Shown here: one piece after another, positions 26,802 to 40,500 of the stretch | How the letters are laid out: each line of letters begins with the position of its first letter | How positions within the stretch are numbered: the first letter of the stretch is position 1 | Origin: Macrostomum lignano | Lineage: Eukaryota | Assembly: GCA_002269645.1 (NCBI GenBank) | Contig: NIVC01000355.1 | Span: forward strand, 1 to 64,000 | Direction of reading: 5' to 3' | DNA: 64,000 nucleotides | Made by a program: the position numbers and the translations under genes | Notes under the pieces: model-generated | The model's input: only the letters and a program-made list of their open reading frames with translations | Database searches by the model: none | What the model was told of the DNA's origin: nothing

Positions 26802-29800
26802 CTAGCCATTTAGCCCCCCGCTGGGGAGCCTTGAAAATGACACCAATTGGTTTTTATTTTTGCACAAGAGTAACTTTACTATTATCGTCCAAAATATTGA
26901 TTTCCATTAATCAAAAATTACCTTTTCTCATTTTGGCAGAAATAAATTGCCATTAATCCAAACTTTCATTAGCCAAAAAAGTTTCCTTCATCAGCCCAAA
27001 ACTAAATCAGCAAATAGTGCTTATCCGTTCAAGCACAAACTCTTGATGGATATCGTCAATGGCCGGGGCATATTCTGATCCGCAGCAGGAGCTCAATATG
27101 CAAATCCCTGACGCCCTTAGACCCTCTCTCTATATTAGCCTAAATCAAAGGATCAAACCTTTAATGAATGCGCTGGTATTTCCTATTAGCAGAAATCAGC
27201 ATCACTTGTGTGTACTTTTTCATTATCTGAATTACATGAGCTACTTGAGCCGTACTACCTGACTATCTGACAATCGCCCAATAACCTAGTAACCCCCCCC
27301 CCCCCAAAATTCAGCCATCGTCCATGAGCCTTGACATATCAGCGATTCCCCTGTAAGCCTTGACATCTCAGCAATTCCCGCAGTAAGCCTTGGCATATCA
27401 GCAATTCCCCCAGTAAGCCTTGAAATCTCAGCAATTGCCCCAGTAAGCCTTGACATCTCAGCAATTGCCCCAGTAAGCCTTGACATATCAGCAATTCCCC
27501 CAGTAAGCATTGAAATCTTAGCAATTCCCAGTAAGACTTGACATCTCAGCATTTCCCCAGTAAGCCTTGACATATCAGCAATTCCCTTAGTAAGCCTTGA
27601 GATCTCAGAAATTCCCCCCATAAGCTCTGAGATCTCAGCAATTGCCCCGGTAAGCCTCGACATCTCAGCAATTCCCCAGTAAGCCTTGACATCTCAGCAG
27701 TTATCATATTAAGCCTCGACATCACAGCAATTAAACTCGAGCCTTGACATCACGCAATTCTCCCAGCGCAGTAAGCCTTGACATACCAACAACCCAACTC
27801 CCTTTTCCCAAGAATTCAGCAATACCCTTATAAGCCTTGATAACTCAGCAATTTCTTTATGACCTTTGTCAACAGAGCGATTCCACAATGAACTTTGATT
27901 ATATCTAAACAAGTCTTTAATTAATGGTCACCCTAACCCATAAGTGAGTCTTGGCGTGTTGGCAATTTCCACCATAAGCCTTGAGCCTCAGCATTAAAGT
28001 AACTTCCTCATAAATAAGCTTTGTAATCAGAATTTCACCGAAAGCCTTGACCTGTCAGCAATTCCCCGTAGTAGAGCCAAAGCATTTAAGTTTTCCCCCC
28101 AAGAGCATTTAATCTTAGCAACTCCTCGATGGATCATTAATGATTGTCACGACGATCGCTCTATAATTGAACCAAAACCATAACCCTTGTAGTAGAATTT
28201 CAGCAATTCCCCAATGAGCTTTGGAAATGTTAGCAATTTCCCCATGAGCCTGAAAATTGAGTGACTAACCTTTTGATATCTTGGCACTTGCATTTCAACA
28301 ATTTATTTCTGCAATTTCACAAATGAACCTTGAAATCAAAGCAATTCTCCGCAGAATGACATAATTATAGCAATTCCCCCTGAGCCTTGAGATCTTATAA
28401 ATTCTACCGTGAGTCTTGATATCACAGCAATTTCCCATACCAGTATTATGCTCGTAGCAATAGTCTTAGCAGTCTTAACAGTCTAAGCAATTCCCGATGA
28501 GACTTTTACGTTCGACAGGGCGCTTCATTTATGATTGATATGATGATTCTTGTTCGCTTTTTCTTGCGTTACGTTTTCTTCTCTTTAAAAGTTTTTATTA
28601 AAAAAATTTCAATATTTTACCATAGCTTTCCGCAGTTTAGCAATGGTTCACCAGAATTTCAGCAATGGTTCACCAGCATTTCAGCAATTCTTCACCAGCA
28701 GTTTAGCAATGGTTCACCAGCATTTCAGCAATTCTTCACCAGCAGTTTAGCAATGCTTCACCAGCATTTCAGCAATGGTTCACCAGCATTTCAGCAATGA
28801 TTTACCAGCATTTCAGCAATGGTTCACCAGCAGTTTAGCAATGCTTCACCAGCAGTTTGCATTAGCTATGGTTCACCAGCATTTCAGCAATGCTTCACCA
28901 GTAGTTTAACAATGCTTCACCAGCAGTTTAGCAATGGTTCACCAGCAGTTTAGCACTGCTTCACCAGCAGTTTAAAAATGCTTCACCAGCAGTTTAGCAA
29001 TGATTCACCAGCACTGTTTTGCACAATCAGTGAGCAGATGGCCACTAATCTTTGCTTATTGCCATATTGCTTCTGGATAATCGAAACTATATGAAATGCT
29101 TTGTCAACTTGCAGGTTAAAGTTGATATGTAATCCCCTTACATATTTATTATTTTTATTTTATACATCAGATTAGCACTGCTCTCCCCGATTAGCGCTGC
29201 TCTTAAAGCTTAGCGTAGCCCCAGCAAAAGTATCTACAAAATGAAAATACTAAAAATTTGCATGAATCCTCATAGGAAACAATGATTATTGTCACAAAGA
29301 TAAATTCGCTGCTTCATTACAGACTCGAACTGCCGACCTTCTGCTAAAAGCCTTATACTATTCAAGAAGTTTAGTAACTTCGGCAGTTACTAAAACTTCT
29401 AATTCAAGATTCAAGATTCAAACTAAATTCAAGAAGTTTAGTAACTTCGGCAGTTTGAAGTTAACCCCCCCCCCAGAAATCGGCAGTTATCTCCACAACA
29501 TCCTGAAATTAGCTATCACTTCTAATCCCACAAACAGACTGCAGTCATACTCTTAGCAGCCTGCAGATATCCACTGTGCCGTCTACAACTTTCATTAACA
29601 TCAGCAAACTACAATACTTCACTCAGCAGTCCGCAGTTATCCACTCAACAACTTGCACTTAATACTTCACAGCTATTATCCACTTTAAACTCTGTAGATA
29701 GTTATCCCCTCAACAGTTTGCTGCTATGCACTCATAAGTGTGGAGGAACTACCTCAGCAGTTTGTTCCATTTTTCCCTTTGCAGTCTGCATGAATGATCC

Positions 29801-31106
29801 CTTTGACAATCTGCAGTTCCCTCAGCATCTTCTGTTCTCCTTTCCAATAATCTTCCAATCCTCCAATAATCTAAAAATGTGCTCAGCATTTTACGGCTCA
29901 CTAAACAATTTTCAGTACATATCGGCATTCTTAAAAAGCTCAAAATTTAGCACAATACCTTTAAGCAATTTTAACAGCATGGTCTGCAGTTTAATAGCAA
30001 TTTCATACTTTCATGGTGCGAGGCAGTACTCGTTGATGGGATCAGTAATGCACGAAGCAGTTTTTTAAAATCAAATTTTATAAGTGGCTTGTGCCAAGTA
30101 GCAAAAATTATTTGCTAATTAATAAAAAATGTTGCAATTAAAATTAATAAAAAATATGTTATATTTAGTCGAGTCACAAGTTACAAATGAATGAATTTAC
30201 TTATTTTAATTATCCACCAGGGAGGCCTATTCCGCCTACTGATGGAAGGGCGCAAAAATCAGACATATATGCTTCGGCACTGCAGTCAAATACATAGCAG
30301 TGATAGCCTGCTCAGTGTGCACAGTTTTGGTGCTGGCAGAGCCATTGCACAGTTAAGTAAATCTCTCAATTTCAATACTTTTAAAATGCACTGGCTGATT
30401 TCTCTCTCCCTCCAGAGTGCCTGCGCAATGCTTGGCACACTGCCTCCTGCTGAAAAGCTCAGAGTCAGTTTATAGCGAGACTATGCAGTACGCAGTTGTG
30501 GCGCAATCATTTAGAATTGGAATTCAGCCAGTCAAGAATTCAACGCTGCTTGGCCTTCCATTAAAAGCATTTAGATAAACTTGTTTTTCGAATATTTAAT
30601 ACCTTTAGCATTGAAGCAGATAAAAGAAATTTTACCCCTGGTAGCTGTCCTCTTTCCAGATAATTACAAAACTTTTGGCGAAAACGCGATCAAAATTGGT
30701 CAAGAATTGCAGTCTGTAGAGCGTTACGAAAAACAGATCTTTGACGCTTAAAGAGCTCGCTGTAACCTCCAGAATAATTTTATTTTTGACCCCTGGTATG
30801 GTTGTGCAATTTAAATAGAGTAATAATCTGGGCAGTTTTCTGATCAGTTGGCTCTGGCGCAATCAATTAAAATTGACTGTGAAGTTTCTCGCTGATAAAA
30901 TTTGCATTGAAAAAGGCCATTTAAAACAGTTTTTCGAATATTTAATCCCTTTAGCATTGAAGCAGATACAAGAAATTTTAACTGTCTTCTTTCCAGACAA
31001 TTTTGAATCTTTTGGCGAAAACGCGATCAAAATCGGTGAAGAATTGCAATCTCTAGAGCGTTATGGACAAGCATACAAACAAACAAATATTAGAGATTTA
31101 GTATTT
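26802..31106 (-). mobile_element. ~4.3 kb composite Helitron-like element, copy 1 (copy 2 at 42812-47080)
   Basis: Family A 5' end; distinct 3' end (gctccccagcggggggc hairpin, then taaatgg-CTAG). Internal ~29-30 bp and ~22 bp minisatellites. Near-identical to 42812-47080. Confidence 0.6.
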
Positions 31107-34100
31107 ATGATTGATATGATGATTCTTGTTCGCTTTTTCTTGCGTTACGTTTTCTTCTCTTTAAAAGTTTTTATTAAAAAAATTTCAATATTTTACCATA
31201 GCTTTCCGCAGTTTAGCAATGGTTCACCAGAATTTCAGCAATGGTTCACCAGCATTTCAGCAATTCTTCACCAGCAGTTTAGCAATGGTTCACCAGCATT
31301 TCAGCAATTCTTCACCAGCAGTTTAGCAATGCTTCACCAGCATTTCAGCAATGGTTCACCAGCATTTCAGCAATGATTTACCAGCATTTCAGCAATGGTT
31401 CACCAGCAGTTTAGCAATGCTTCACCAGCAGTTTGCATTAGCTATGGTTCACCAGCATTTCAGCAATGCTTCACCAGTAGTTTAACAATGCTTCACCAGC
31501 AGTTTAGCAATGGTTCACCAGCAGTTTAGCACTGCTTCACCAGCAGTTTAAAAATGCTTCACCAGCAGTTTAGCAATGATTCACCAGCACTGTTTTGCAC
31601 AATCAGTGAGCAGATGGCCACTAATCTTTGCTTATTGCCATATTGCTTCTGGATAATCGAAACTATATGAAATGCTTTGTCAACTTGCAGGTTAAATTTG
31701 ATATGTAATCCCCTTACATATTTATTATTTTTATTTTATACATCAGATTAGCACTGCTCTCCCCGATTAGCGCTGCTCTTAAAGCTTAGCGTAGCCCCAG
31801 CAAAAGTATCTACAAAATGAAAATACTAAAAATTTGCATGAATCCTCATAGGAAACAATGATTATTGTCACAAAGATAAATTCGCTGCTTCATTACAGAC
31901 TCGAACTGCCGACCTTCTGCTAAAAGCCTTATACTATTCAAGAAGTTTAGTAACTTCGGCAGTTACTAAAACTTCTAATTCAAGATTCAAGATTCAAACT
32001 AAATTCAAGAAGTTTAGTAACTTCGGCAGTTTGAAGTTAACCCCCCCCCCAGAAATCGGCAGTTATCTCCACAACATCCTGAAATTAGCTATCACTTCTA
32101 ATCCCACAAACAGACTGCAGTCATACTCTTAGCAGCCTGCAGATATCCACTGTGCCGTCTACAACTTTCATTAACATCAGCAAACTACAATACTTCACTC
32201 AGCAGTCCGCAGTTATCCACTCAACAACTTGCACTTAATACTTCACAGCTATTATCCACTTTAAACTCTGTAGATAGTTATCCCCTCAACAGTTTGCTGC
32301 TATGCACTCATAAGTGTGGAGGAACTACCTCAGCAGTTTGTTCCATTTTTCCCTTTGCAGTCTGCATGAATGATCCCTTTGACAATCTGCAGTTCCCTCA
32401 GCATCTTCTGTTCTCCTTTCCAATAATCTTCCAATCCTCCAATAATCTAAAAATGTGCTCAGCATTTTACGGCTCACTAAACAATTTTCAGTACATATCG
32501 GCATTCTTAAAAAGCTCAAAATTTAGCACAATACCTTTAAGCAATTTTAACAGCATGGTCTGCAGTTTAATAGCAATTTCATACTTTCATGGTGCGAGGC
32601 AGTACTCGTTGATGGGATCAGTAATGCACGAAGCAGTTTTTTAAAATCAAATTTTATAAGTGGCTTGTGCCAAGTAGCAAAAATTATTTGCTAATTAATA
32701 AAAAATGTTGCAATTAAAATTAATAAAAAATATGTTATATTTAGTCGAGTCACAAGTTACAAATGAATGAATTTACTTATTTTAATTATCCACCAGGGAG
32801 GCCTATTCCGCCTACTGATGGAAGGGCGCAAAAATCAGACATATATGCTTCGGCACTGCAGTCAAATACATAGCAGTGATAGCCTGCTCAGTGTGCACAG
32901 TTTTGGTGCTGGCAGAGCCATTGCACAGTTAAGTAAATCTCTCAATTTCAATACTTTTAAAATGCACTGGCTGATTTCTCTCTCCCTCCAGAGTGCCTGC
33001 GCAATGCTTGGCACACTGCCTCCTGCTGAAAAGCTCAGAGTCAGTTTATAGCGAGACTATGCAGTACGCAGTTGTGGCGCAATCATTTAGAATTGGAATT
33101 CAGCCAGTCAAGAATTCAACGCTGCTTGGCCTTCCATTAAAAGCATTTAGATAAACTTGTTTTTCGAATATTTAATACCTTTAGCATTGAAGCAGATAAA
33201 AGAAATTTTACCCCTGGTAGCTGTCCTCTTTCCAGATAATTACAAAACTTTTGGCGAAAACGCGATCAAAATTGGTCAAGAATTGCAGTCTGTAGAGCGT
33301 TACGAAAAACAGATCTTTGACGCTTAAAGAGCTCGCTGTAACCTCCAGAATAATTTTATTTTTGACCCCTGGTATGGTTGTGCAATTTAAATAGAGTAAT
33401 AATCTGGGCAGTTTTCTGATCAGTTGGCTCTGGCGCAATCAATTAAAATTGACTGTGAAGTTTCTCGCTGATAAAATTTGCATTGAAAAAGGCCATTTAA
33501 AACAGTTTTTCGAATATTTAATCCCTTTAGCATTGAAGCAGATACAAGAAATTTTAACTGTCTTCTTTCCAGACAATTTTGAATCTTTTGGCGAAAACGC
33601 GATCAAAATCGGTGAAGAATTGCAATCTCTAGAGCGTTATGGACAAGCATACAAACAAACAAATATTAGAGATTTAGTATTTATGATTGATATGATGATT
33701 CTTGTTCGCTTTTTCTTGCGTTACGTTTTCTTCTCTTTAAAAGTTTTTATTAAAAAAATTTCAATATTTTACCATAGCTTTCCGCAGTTTAGCAATGGTT
33801 CACCAGAATTTCAGCAATGGTTCACCAGCATTTCAGCAATTCTTCACCAGCAGTTTAGCAATGGTTCACCAGCATTTCAGCAATTCTTCACCAGCAGTTT
33901 AGCAATGCTTCACCAGCATTTCAGCAATGGTTCACCAGCATTTCAGCAATGATTTACCAGCATTTCAGCAATGGTTCACCAGCAGTTTAGCAATGCTTCA
34001 CCAGCAGTTTGCATTAGCTATGGTTCACCAGCATTTCAGCAATGCTTCACCAGTAGTTTAACAATGCTTCACCAGCAGTTTAGCAATGGTTCACCAGCAG

Positions 34101-36258
34101 TTTAGCACTGCTTCACCAGCAGTTTAAAAATGCTTCACCAGCAGTTTAGCAATGATTCACCAGCACTGTTTTGCACAATCAGTGAGCAGATGGCCACTAA
34201 TCTTTGCTTATTGCCATATTGCTTCTGGATAATCGAAACTATATGAAATGCTTTGTCAACTTGCAGGTTAAATTTGATATGTAATCCCCTTACATATTTA
34301 TTATTTTTATTTTATACATCAGATTAGCACTGCTCTCCCCGATTAGCGCTGCTCTTAAAGCTTAGCGTAGCCCCAGCAAAAGTATCTACAAAATGAAAAT
34401 ACTAAAAATTTGCATGAATCCTCATAGGAAACAATGATTATTGTCACAAAGATAAATTCGCTGCTTCATTACAGACTCGAACTGCCGACCTTCTGCTAAA
34501 AGCCTTATACTATTCAAGAAGTTTAGTAACTTCGGCAGTTACTAAAACTTCTAATTCAAGATTCAAGATTCAAACTAAATTCAAGAAGTTTAGTAACTTC
34601 GGCAGTTTGAAGTTAACCCCCCCCCCAGAAATCGGCAGTTATCTCCACAACATCCTGAAATTAGCTATCACTTCTAATCCCACAAACAGACTGCAGTCAT
34701 ACTCTTAGCAGCCTGCAGATATCCACTGTGCCGTCTACAACTTTCATTAACATCAGCAAACTACAATACTTCACTCAGCAGTCCGCAGTTATCCACTCAA
34801 CAACTTGCACTTAATACTTCACAGCTATTATCCACTTTAAACTCTGTAGATAGTTATCCCCTCAACAGTTTGCTGCTATGCACTCATAAGTGTGGAGGAA
34901 CTACCTCAGCAGTTTGTTCCATTTTTCCCTTTGCAGTCTGCATGAATGATCCCTTTGACAATCTGCAGTTCCCTCAGCATCTTCTGTTCTCCTTTCCAAT
35001 AATCTTCCAATCCTCCAATAATCTAAAAATGTGCTCAGCATTTTACGGCTCACTAAACAATTTTCAGTACATATCGGCATTCTTAAAAAGCTCAAAATTT
35101 AGCACAATACCTTTAAGCAATTTTAACAGCATGGTCTGCAGTTTAATAGCAATTTCATACTTTCATGGTGCGAGGCAGTACTCGTTGATGGGATCAGTAA
35201 TGCACGAAGCAGTTTTTTAAAATCAAATTTTATAAGTGGCTTGTGCCAAGTAGCAAAAATTATTTGCTAATTAATAAAAAATGTTGCAATTAAAATTAAT
35301 AAAAAATATGTTATATTTAGTCGAGTCACAAGTTACAAATGAATGAATTTACTTATTTTAATTATCCACCAGGGAGGCCTATTCCGCCTACTGATGGAAG
35401 GGCGCAAAAATCAGACATATATGCTTCGGCACTGCAGTCAAATACATAGCAGTGATAGCCTGCTCAGTGTGCACAGTTTTGGTGCTGGCAGAGCCATTGC
35501 ACAGTTAAGTAAATCTCTCAATTTCAATACTTTTAAAATGCACTGGCTGATTTCTCTCTCCCTCCAGAGTGCCTGCGCAATGCTTGGCACACTGCCTCCT
35601 GCTGAAAAGCTCAGAGTCAGTTTATAGCGAGACTATGCAGTACGCAGTTGTGGCGCAATCATTTAGAATTGGAATTCAGCCAGTCAAGAATTCAACGCTG
35701 CTTGGCCTTCCATTAAAAGCATTTAGATAAACTTGTTTTTCGAATATTTAATACCTTTAGCATTGAAGCAGATAAAAGAAATTTTACCCCTGGTAGCTGT
35801 CCTCTTTCCAGATAATTACAAAACTTTTGGCGAAAACGCGATCAAAATTGGTCAAGAATTGCAGTCTGTAGAGCGTTACGAAAAACAGATCTTTGACGCT
35901 TAAAGAGCTCGCTGTAACCTCCAGAATAATTTTATTTTTGACCCCTGGTATGGTTGTGCAATTTAAATAGAGTAATAATCTGGGCAGTTTTCTGATCAGT
36001 TGGCTCTGGCGCAATCAATTAAAATTGACTGTGAAGTTTCTCGCTGATAAAATTTGCATTGAAAAAGGCCATTTAAAACAGTTTTTCGAATATTTAATCC
36101 CTTTAGCATTGAAGCAGATACAAGAAATTTTAACTGTCTTCTTTCCAGACAATTTTGAATCTTTTGGCGAAAACGCGATCAAAATCGGTGAAGAATTGCA
36201 ATCTCTAGAGCGTTATGGACAAGCATACAAACAAACAAATATTAGAGATTTAGTATTT
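28531..36258. repeat. Three tandem near-identical 2576 bp units (further copies at 39349-41930 and 44541-47080)
   Basis: The same short ORFs recur at 29718/32294/34870/40536/45687 etc. Unit starts (atgattgatatg) at 28531, 31107 and 33683. Confidence 0.95.
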
Positions 36259-36369
36259 ACGAGTGGAACTCCTCCTTCGGAGGAGAAAGGGGAAGAACTC
36301 CCATCACCGGAATTCTATTCCCTGTAATATCCATCAACTGAAATTCCATGTCTTTAACCCTATCTTCCA

Positions 36370-37130
36370 AATCGTCTCCAAATTCTTTACAAAATCTTTC
36401 AAAGACCATAGCTCAAAGACTCTCAAGTCTCTCATATCTCCTCTCTCCTCTCTCTCATCTCATCTCTACCCCTGCTCCCTTATTTATCTCTTCTCCCTCG
36501 TCTTTCGTCTGTACCTTCTCCTGTCTTCTGTCTCCTCTCTTCACTCTTATCTCTCCCTCTTCTCTCCTCTCTCATATGTCATCTCTACTCACTTATCTAT
36601 CGTCTCTCTTAACCCTCTCTCTCTCTTCTCTTTTCTCTTCTCTCTGCTCTCATTTCTCATATTTCATATACGCTCTGACACTACTTTCTTGTCTCCCATC
36701 TTTCTTCCTCCTTTTCACTATCCCCTGTCTCTTCTCTTCTCTCTTTTCTATTCTCTCCATTCTCTCTTTTCTCCTTTCCTTGCTCCTTTCATCTCTCTCC
36801 TCTCTCCTCACTCTCTTCTCCTTTCGCTTCTCTCTCCTCTCTCTCCTCTCATCTTTACTACCTTATTTATATCTTCTCCCTAGTCTTTCGTCTGTACTCT
36901 CTCCTGTCTCCTCTCTCCCCTCCTCTCTCATCCCTCATCTCCTCATCTCACTCTTTCTTTCTCCTCTACTCTCCCCTCTCTTCTATTGCCTCTGTACGCT
37001 CTTATCCCTCATCTATTCTCTCTCCTATCATCTCCAATCTGTCATGTCTAATCTCTCCACTCAATTATACTCTGTTTTCTATCATCTCTTCTCTCTTCTC
37101 TTTTCAGTCTTCTCTTTACTCTCTTCTCTG
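36370..37130. repeat. Pyrimidine-rich (CT) low-complexity tract
   Basis: Degenerate ctctct/tctcct sequence; the Leu/Ser-rich ORFs are artefacts. Confidence 0.9.
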
Positions 37131-37522
37131 ACTGATTGAAGATGCCAAATCCATCAAGATCCTCTCCGCGAAGCAAAAATCCTGTCTGTGCAACTAAAAA
37201 CCATCGAAATCCTCTCAGTGAAACTGGACTCCTTCGAAATCCTCTCCTTGAAACCTGAATCCATCAAAATTGTTTCCATAAAACAGAAATCAATCATAAA
37301 TTATCTCCGAGAAACAGAAAGCCTCTCCGTGAAGCTGAACATGATCGAAATCCTCTCCGTGAAACTGAACACCATGGAAATCCTTTCGTGAAACTGAACA
37401 CCATCGAAATCCTCTCCACGAAACAGAAATCTTCTCCGTCAGAATTTAAACATTGAAATCGTCTCCGCTAAACTTGACTTAATCGAATTTTTTCCGTCAA
37501 ACAACTCAACCCGCCAGATTCA

Positions 37523-37562
37523 TTAGGGTTAGGCTTAGGGTTAGGGTTAGGGTTAGGGTTAG
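37523..37562 (+). repeat. Interstitial (TTAGGG)n telomere-like repeat, ~6.5 units
   Basis: ttagggttaggcttagggttagggttagggttagggttag. Confidence 0.85.
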
Positions 37563-40500
37563 AACTACGCACAGCTTCGTGTTAAAAGGCACAGATAAAA
37601 ATATTGAACTAATTGAATCAATTCATTGCGCAACCGATTTCACAGTCAGTCAGTATCAGCCTCAGGTAAAGTTAACAAAAACATTGCGCAATCTAAATCA
37701 ACCCTCTAATACACAGCAGCAGTGAGAAGTTGAACCCTCCCCCCAACAATCTTTGCAGATTAAAGTACAATCTTTGCAGAAAGTTAAAAGTATGGAAATC
37801 GTTTTTCAAATGCTGTGCTTTTTCTTTTCATATTTAAAGCAAACAACTTATATCCCCGAACTCAGTGTTGCAAGATCTTTCCAGCAATATAAGTTTCTCC
37901 TCTCAAAGTTTAAAACTCGAGGAACAGTTAGCGTTTGAAACTGTCTGATTTATAGCATTGAAGTATCGAGTGTACGTTCACTGCCTGCTTGCAAGTTGAT
38001 GCATTGAATTTCAATGTCCAACAAATACACAGGGCTGCCCATTGAGAGGCAGGAAAACTTATCAGTAGCCATATCATTGCGCAATTATCTATAAAGTCAG
38101 CCAGTGAGCCAGGGTCCAAGTGTACACACGCAGCCACTGAGAACGCTCCCACCCCCCACTGGAAAGAAAATACACTACAGAGATAGGGAAAAGTTGTGGC
38201 GCAATCACTAAAAATTCATGCATTTTTCAGCTCCAAGCAGAAAGAGGGGACAATTAAGATTATCAAAGGTCAAGATTCAAGTTTTCTGCTTTTTTGAGGA
38301 TCTTAGAAATTAAAATTTCAAAATTAAAATAGCCTATAGCCGACCTCGGATAATTTCCAATCTTCCCATGCTCGTATAAGTTTCAACGCTGAGTTGCCAC
38401 TATTCAAGGAGGAGTTGTCGAAATGACAGACAAACAACACGTGAACTTTAGTATATGTAGAATTTATGAAGACTTTGACTTGAGAAGCATCAGTTTATAT
38501 GGAATTCAATCATAGGAGAGTTGAAAAATCAATGAGCTTTCGCTATTTGGACTGTGTACACTGCGGTGATTCATTTATTTAATCTCAATATTATCTCCAG
38601 CCAATCACTCAATATGAAAATCAGTCTATAGCCCATGCACCTCCCCAAATGCACAGGGAGAGTCTAGGCTTGTGCATTGCACAGTCAGAATTGAAATTAA
38701 TGAAACCCCTCCCCAGCCACTTAACGTTTTCACAATTGAAATCAAGAAATTTTCTATGACAAATTGCTCTGATGCAGTTGAGATTTCGGAACAGAAAATT
38801 ATACCATTCTGTTCAGTTTTTCAAACTCTTTCCAACGGTGTGATTCACTTTTCTGTAGCTTGAAAATTAAAAGCAGAAATTAAGGTGCAACTTTTCCCGT
38901 TTCTTACTTGCAGAGCGCAATGTACACTCTGTGATGAGTTAAAAAATCAAGCCATCCATTCTCGCGCAGTGTGCACCTCCACCCCTTTTTAACACTGAGC
39001 AAGTAGGCCGCCAATTCTCAAGTGCCGGCGACCCTCCCCCAGCTGAAATGAAATACACTGCAGAGATAGGAGAAAAGTTGTGGCGCAACCATACAAAATA
39101 GCGTCAAGTGGGAAGTCCATGGAATGCGATAGACATAGACATCTGGTTTGTGCTGTTTTCTGCTTTTTTGAAGCACTTAAAATTGAAATTTGAAAATGAA
39201 TTTTAAATTGTAGCATCGTCGGGACATTTGACATGTTTTGGTACCGGTTTGAAAGTTGAGTTGCAAGAATCCTAGGAGGAGATCGTCGACAAACCCGGCC
39301 CACCGGCCCACCCTACCACCGGACCACGACGTCAGCTTTAGTATATAGATGATTGATATGATGATTCTTGTTCGCTTTTTCTTGCGTTACGTTTTCTTCT
39401 CTTTAAAAGTTTTTATTAAAAAAATTTCAATATTTTACCATAGCTTTCCGCAGTTTAGCAATGGTTCACCAGAATTTCAGCAATGGTTCACCAGCATTTC
39501 AGCAATTCTTCACCAGCAGTTTAGCAATGGTTCACCAGCATTTCAGCAATTCTTCACCAGCAGTTTAGCAATGCTTCACCAGCATTTCAGCAATGGTTCA
39601 CCAGCATTTCAGCAATGATTTACCAGCATTTCAGCAATGGTTCACCAGCAGTTTAGCAATGCTTCACCAGCAGTTTGCATTAGCTATGGTTCACCAGCAT
39701 TTCAGCAATGCTTCACCAGTAGTTTAACAATGCTTCACCAGCAGTTTAGCAATGGTTCACCAGCAGTTTAGCACTGCTTCACCAGCAGTTTAAAAATGCT
39801 TCACCAGCAGTTTAGCAATGATTCACCAGCACTGTTTTGCACAATCAGTGAGCAGATGGCCACTAATCTTTGCTTATTGCCATATTGCTTCTGGATAATC
39901 GAAACTATATGAAATGCTTTGTCAACTTGCAGGTTAAAGTTGATATGTAATCCCCTTACATATTTATTATTTTTATTTTATACATCAGATTAGCACTGCT
40001 CTCCCCGATTAGCGCTGCTCTTAAAGCTTAGCGTAGCCCCAGCAAAAGTATCTACAAAATGAAAATACTAAAAATTTGCATGAATCCTCATAGGAAACAA
40101 TGATTATTGTCACAAAGATAAATTCGCTGCTTCATTACAGACTCGAACTGCCGACCTTCTGCTAAAAGCCTTATACTATTCAAGAAGTTTAGTAACTTCG
40201 GCAGTTACTAAAACTTCTAATTCAAGATTCAAGATTCAAACTAAATTCAAGAAGTTTAGTAACTTCGGCAGTTTGAAGTTAACCCCCCCCCCAGAAATCG
40301 GCAGTTATCTCCACAACATCCTGAAATTAGCTATCACTTCTAATCCCACAAACAGACTGCAGTCATACTCTTAGCAGCCTGCAGATATCCACTGTGCCGT
40401 CTACAACTTTCATTAACATCAGCAAACTACAATACTTCACTCAGCAGTCCGCAGTTATCCACTCAACAACTTGCACTTAATACTTCACAGCTATTATCCA

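Larger units (their letters stand above)
36259..38461 (-). mobile_element. Probable Helitron-like element (~2.2 kb) containing a CT-rich tract, ~30 bp degenerate repeats and TTAGGG repeats
   Basis: 5' end TCTACATATACTAAAG...TTGTTTGTCTGTC at 38461. Left end has a ctcctccgaaggaggag hairpin followed by CTCG (non-canonical). Confidence 0.4.

Noticed and set aside
29718-30862. Recurrent short ORFs (116, 94, 76, 64 aa) in the 2576 bp unit as a gene cassette
   Set aside because: No recognisable domains; identity across copies reflects recent duplication, not coding constraint.
37523-37562. Chromosome end or telomere fusion
   Set aside because: Only ~40 bp, a single orientation, and embedded in repeat sequence.
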